NCBI GenBank assembly: GCA_026023565.1
Contig: JAPETS010000057.1
Span: 62,001-126,000, forward strand
Source: Cirrosporium novae-zelandiae
Taxonomy: Eukaryota
Reading direction: 5' to 3'
Length of the DNA: 64,000 nucleotides
A program made the translations under genes and the position numbers. Positions 60,646-64,000 of the stretch are shown here, piece by piece. The notes beneath the pieces were generated by a model. That model was not told the origin of the DNA, searched no databases, and saw nothing but the letters and a program-made list of their open reading frames with translations. Positions within the stretch are counted from its first letter, which is position 1, and every line of letters begins with the position of its first letter.

Positions 60646-61784
60646 CCTCTTATAATCTCAGTCTCACAAATAATGAAGCTGCCTCTCTACCGGCAATTAA
60701 TATCAATATCTTTTGAGACCAACAACACTGGCCTACAAGCATGACCTTTTACCGACGGTCGGCCACATAACCTACGGAATCATATTTACAATAAGACATC
60801 TAGTGGTTCAATATTACTGAATCCCTACTTATCTATCCTTCAGGGAACAAAATATTAAAAGATATTTACACCTCGATCCTAGAATGTCTAGTGGTATTAA
60901 CCCCATATACCAGATGGCACCCTCACAGTCCTATTCACTATATATGTACCAATGGTGTAGTAGTATCCTGCTATCTAGAATACCGGTGCCAGCCACCAAT
61001 TAGTTCTTGACCCCTTGATTATTCTTCTCCTTCTTCTTCTGCTACTCCTACTTTTTCAGCCCACTTTCTATCAACAAGAGTTTACCCCTACCGACAATTG
61101 CTCAATCTCATTTCCTCTAAGAAAGAATTTCAGAAATGTTCAATAAACCAACCAACATCATATAACTTTACATAGGACCTCCGTTCATTACCAGTCTCTC
61201 CTTACATATACAAGTTTAGCTACAGGTGACGAATAAGTTAATCCTCATCAAAAGAAACGTCGCCATGAGATCAAGATTAAATTTACAAGATACTTATCCA
61301 TATGTGTAGATATAGATATATACAAAACCAAACACTCCCATGCATACGTACTATATACCATACCATACACCTCCAAACTAGAACACCATCACCTCCCCCC
61401 TTCTTTTCCCAAAAAAAGATCCCTAAACTAGAAAACCCAAATCAACTTACCCATACTATAAATCGTCATTGAGTTATAAAAAGTTGACTATTTAGGTATG
61501 CTACTACACAAATTTTCCATCTAAGCCTAGTATTATATTCCCTTTTGCCTTTACATACATATTTCATTATCTAGACCCCCCCCCCCCCAATTTCCTATTT
61601 CCCATTTCCCCATTCCTTTAAATAATCCTTACCATCTAGCTAGCCCTCTAACCTTCTATATAGGTCCAGAAATAGAAATTTTCTTCCTACCTCCCAATGT
61701 TGTAATAGGTATTTGTAAGTTCGACAATTAAACAGAATACCCATTCCCATTTCTATCTTTCTTCCCTTACCTTTCACCATCATA

Positions 61785-61856
61785 GTCATCATCATCATCG
61801 TCTTCTTCTTCTTCTTCTTCTTCTTCTTCTTCTTCTTCTTCTTCTTCTTCTTCTTC
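61785..61856. repeat. (TCA)n followed by (TTC) about 18 units, microsatellite
   Basis: Read directly; it produces the spurious poly-Lys ORF 61640-61885. Confidence 0.95.
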
Positions 61857-62933
61857 GTTAAGAAGTCCAATTCAATTCGATTCAATTATATTTTAGCAGC
61901 AAAGATTTAAGTTTTCTTTTATATAATATTTGTTCCATTATCCATTATCTATCAATCAATCATTCAAAAAACTTACTGCCAATGGTCATTCATCTCTCCC
62001 CTCTCTCTCCCCTCTCTCTCTCTATATATATTTCCTCACACCTCTCCCCTTCCACTAGCACCTTTCCCACCATGAAAAAAAAACCCCTAATAGAAAAAAG
62101 TTCGTTTTGAAGTGTAGGCGGTAAGGAAGCACAGTTATTTTTTTAAGGGATAGATAGATACGGATCCAAAGAAGAAAGTAATGGTGGTTTCTTTCTTTCT
62201 TTCTTTTTTTTCTATGGTGGCTCTAGTTAGTTGTAGGTTTTTTTTAGAAGAGAGGTTTTTTTTAGAAGAGGGGTTTTTTTGACTAGGTAATGAATTCCCA
62301 CTCTCTCTTTTATAATCCCCCCCCCTTACCCTCTCGTGAATTTTTAATCTTGTCCCCCCCTCCCTACCCCCGGGTTATTTTTATTAGAGCTAGAACTGAT
62401 TTATAAATGATATGATGCTTCATTGATTGATTAAAGAACAAACCGTACAGTAGAAGATAAAAGCATGAACAAAAGAGAGGGTTAAACTATTTGTTATTAC
62501 GTCCCTAGACAAGGTGGATCTATACAACTTGGAATTGTGTGCGTTCTCGGGGGGGGGTTGCTTTGTCCCTAATGTCATTGCTCCGCTATACCCTATACCT
62601 AACTACTTTGATCTGAATTCCACAATTCGCAATTGATTTCTCTGGAAAAAAAAAAACGCGAACAGCAAGAAAAAACAAGAAAAAAAACCATCCTGCATAT
62701 CCCTCATAAACAAAAGAAAGAAAGAGATATCATTATCCTTTTCTCAGGCTATACTTTTCCCACCATGACAAAAATCCCAATAATTTCAGTATAACCATGG
62801 ATCCTTTTTTCCTTCCTTGCCAACACTCAAAAAGAAAAAGAAGAAAAGAAAATTCGAATATAAAACTGACTGGCTTGAGGGTATCATATCATTCCTTAAC
62901 GTCCCCCGAAATCCACTAACATATTGTGTTTCC

Positions 62934-63950
62934 TTAGTTATCTTCCTGCAAGTCTGATTCCTTAATGCGCTTGTTCGGCTCAGTATCCCCCTCATCCACC
63001 TCATGCTCGCGTTTATTCGTAGCAGCAGGAGGAGACCCAGAGCTATCGGCATCCGTCTTTTTTGCTTGCCCAGGATAGACAATGGCAGCAGCAGCAGGCC
63101 CATCCACCACTCCCAGTGCTTCCAAATCGAAATACCAGAACCGATCCTTAATATCCTTCCTAGTTTCCTCCTTGAGTTCCTCTTTGTTGGCGGGTAGAAC
63201 GTATTTGATATCCCAGTCGTCTGGAAACTCGATGTCCTGGTGCATGATGCAGAAGGTTTCGTCAATCTCTGCAAGATCGGGCCAGTAGTCGCCGTAGGTT
63301 TCGCAGATCTTCTCGTCCGAGTCCTCGTCTGTGAGGAGTTTTTTGCCCCATAGCATCACGGATATGCCTTTCTCCCTTAGTGCTTCGATGATGGGTGCGA
63401 GGGCGATGAGGTCGGGGGATAGGGTATGAGTGTGCTTCTTGAGGCAGTCCATCCTGCCGACATAACCTTCATCCCACTCGCATTCGCACGTGATCCAATC
63501 GTCGGCCAGCCAGTCGTCAACTTCCATCGAGAGCGTTGGAACAAACATGATCTCGAGTTCCTTCAGGTTTGGCCATTCAAGCAGCTGGCGTAAGTGCTCC
63601 GGAGTATACCACTCATCGAATGCCGCTGTTACGCCAAGGCGTTTTATGTAGCGTATTGCCCAGACTTTTACGGAGTTTTCTGGCTCCCGGTGCATGTTCC
63701 AGCCCTCGAGGAAAAACCTGTTGAGGGCGAAGAACCGTTGAATCATTTCTTCGTCGAGCTGTGGATGTCCGAGATTAATGGCCGTTGAGGGATATGCTCC
63801 TGGAACAGCGTTGATAGTGCCGAGAGGGTTACGTCTGTATGAGAAATGTCCATACTCGTCGATTTTAATATCATCGACATCGAATACTAGGAGGTCGTAG
63901 ATCTTGTCACGAATCTCACGTGGGAGATCAAGGAATGATGTAGGAGACAT
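62934..63950 (-). CDS. Acidic hypothetical protein with an N-terminal F-box-like motif
   Basis: Intronless 338-aa ORF starting MSPTSFLDLPREIRDKIYDLLV; later YIKRL and WPNLKELEI segments typical of fungal F-box-like proteins. Confidence 0.75.
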   Translation of the reverse strand: MSPTSFLDLPREIRDKIYDLLVFDVDDIKIDEYGHFSYRRNPLGTINAVPGAYPSTAINLGHPQLDEEMIQRFFALNRFFLEGWNMHREPENSVKVWAIRYIKRLGVTAAFDEWYTPEHLRQLLEWPNLKELEIMFVPTLSMEVDDWLADDWITCECEWDEGYVGRMDCLKKHTHTLSPDLIALAPIIEALREKGISVMLWGKKLLTDEDSDEKICETYGDYWPDLAEIDETFCIMHQDIEFPDDWDIKYVLPANKEELKEETRKDIKDRFWYFDLEALGVVDGPAAAAIVYPGQAKKTDADSSGSPPAATNKREHEVDEGDTEPNKRIKESDLQEDN

Positions 63951-64000
63951 ATTGAACGTTTTGAAAGGGCTAGTGAGGTATTTGAACGCTGTAGGATATC

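Noticed and set aside
61640..61885. Poly-Lys/Met ORF
   Set aside because: Artefact of the TTC and TCA microsatellites.

Overview
Eukaryotic genomic DNA from a filamentous ascomycete (Pezizomycotina-type genes with short GT-AG introns and CTRAC/CTAAT branch points); the species cannot be identified from this window. It holds about 24 intact spliced protein genes and two probable pseudogenes. The left ~15 kb looks accessory: a leaderless aspartic protease, an NmrA-like relic, a candidate solo LTR, and a compact block of GT1 sterol-glucosyltransferase-like, tannase/feruloyl esterase, RTA1 and Upc2-like Zn2Cys6 genes sharing a repeated TACGCG(G/T)A motif. The rest is mostly conserved housekeeping genes: AP-3 mu, SRAP/HMCES, Mgr3-like, RACK1/cpc-2 with an intronic U24 snoRNA, ATG9, COG6, S10 carboxypeptidase, S53 tripeptidyl peptidase, Slt2/MpkA MAPK, gamma-glutamyltransferase, RPN12, DUF1917, MFS permease, P450, DPH7, VPS51, RMI1 and an F-box-like protein, separated by low-complexity spacers rich in microsatellites. 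Best leads: the putative sterol/membrane-toxin detoxification cluster and its shared motif, a U24 snoRNA whose D-box guide appears changed, a candidate solo LTR, a GC-AG intron splitting the P450 ExxR motif, and alternating C-rich/G-rich blocks at gene 3' ends. All calls come from reading the sequence by eye; no database searches were run.
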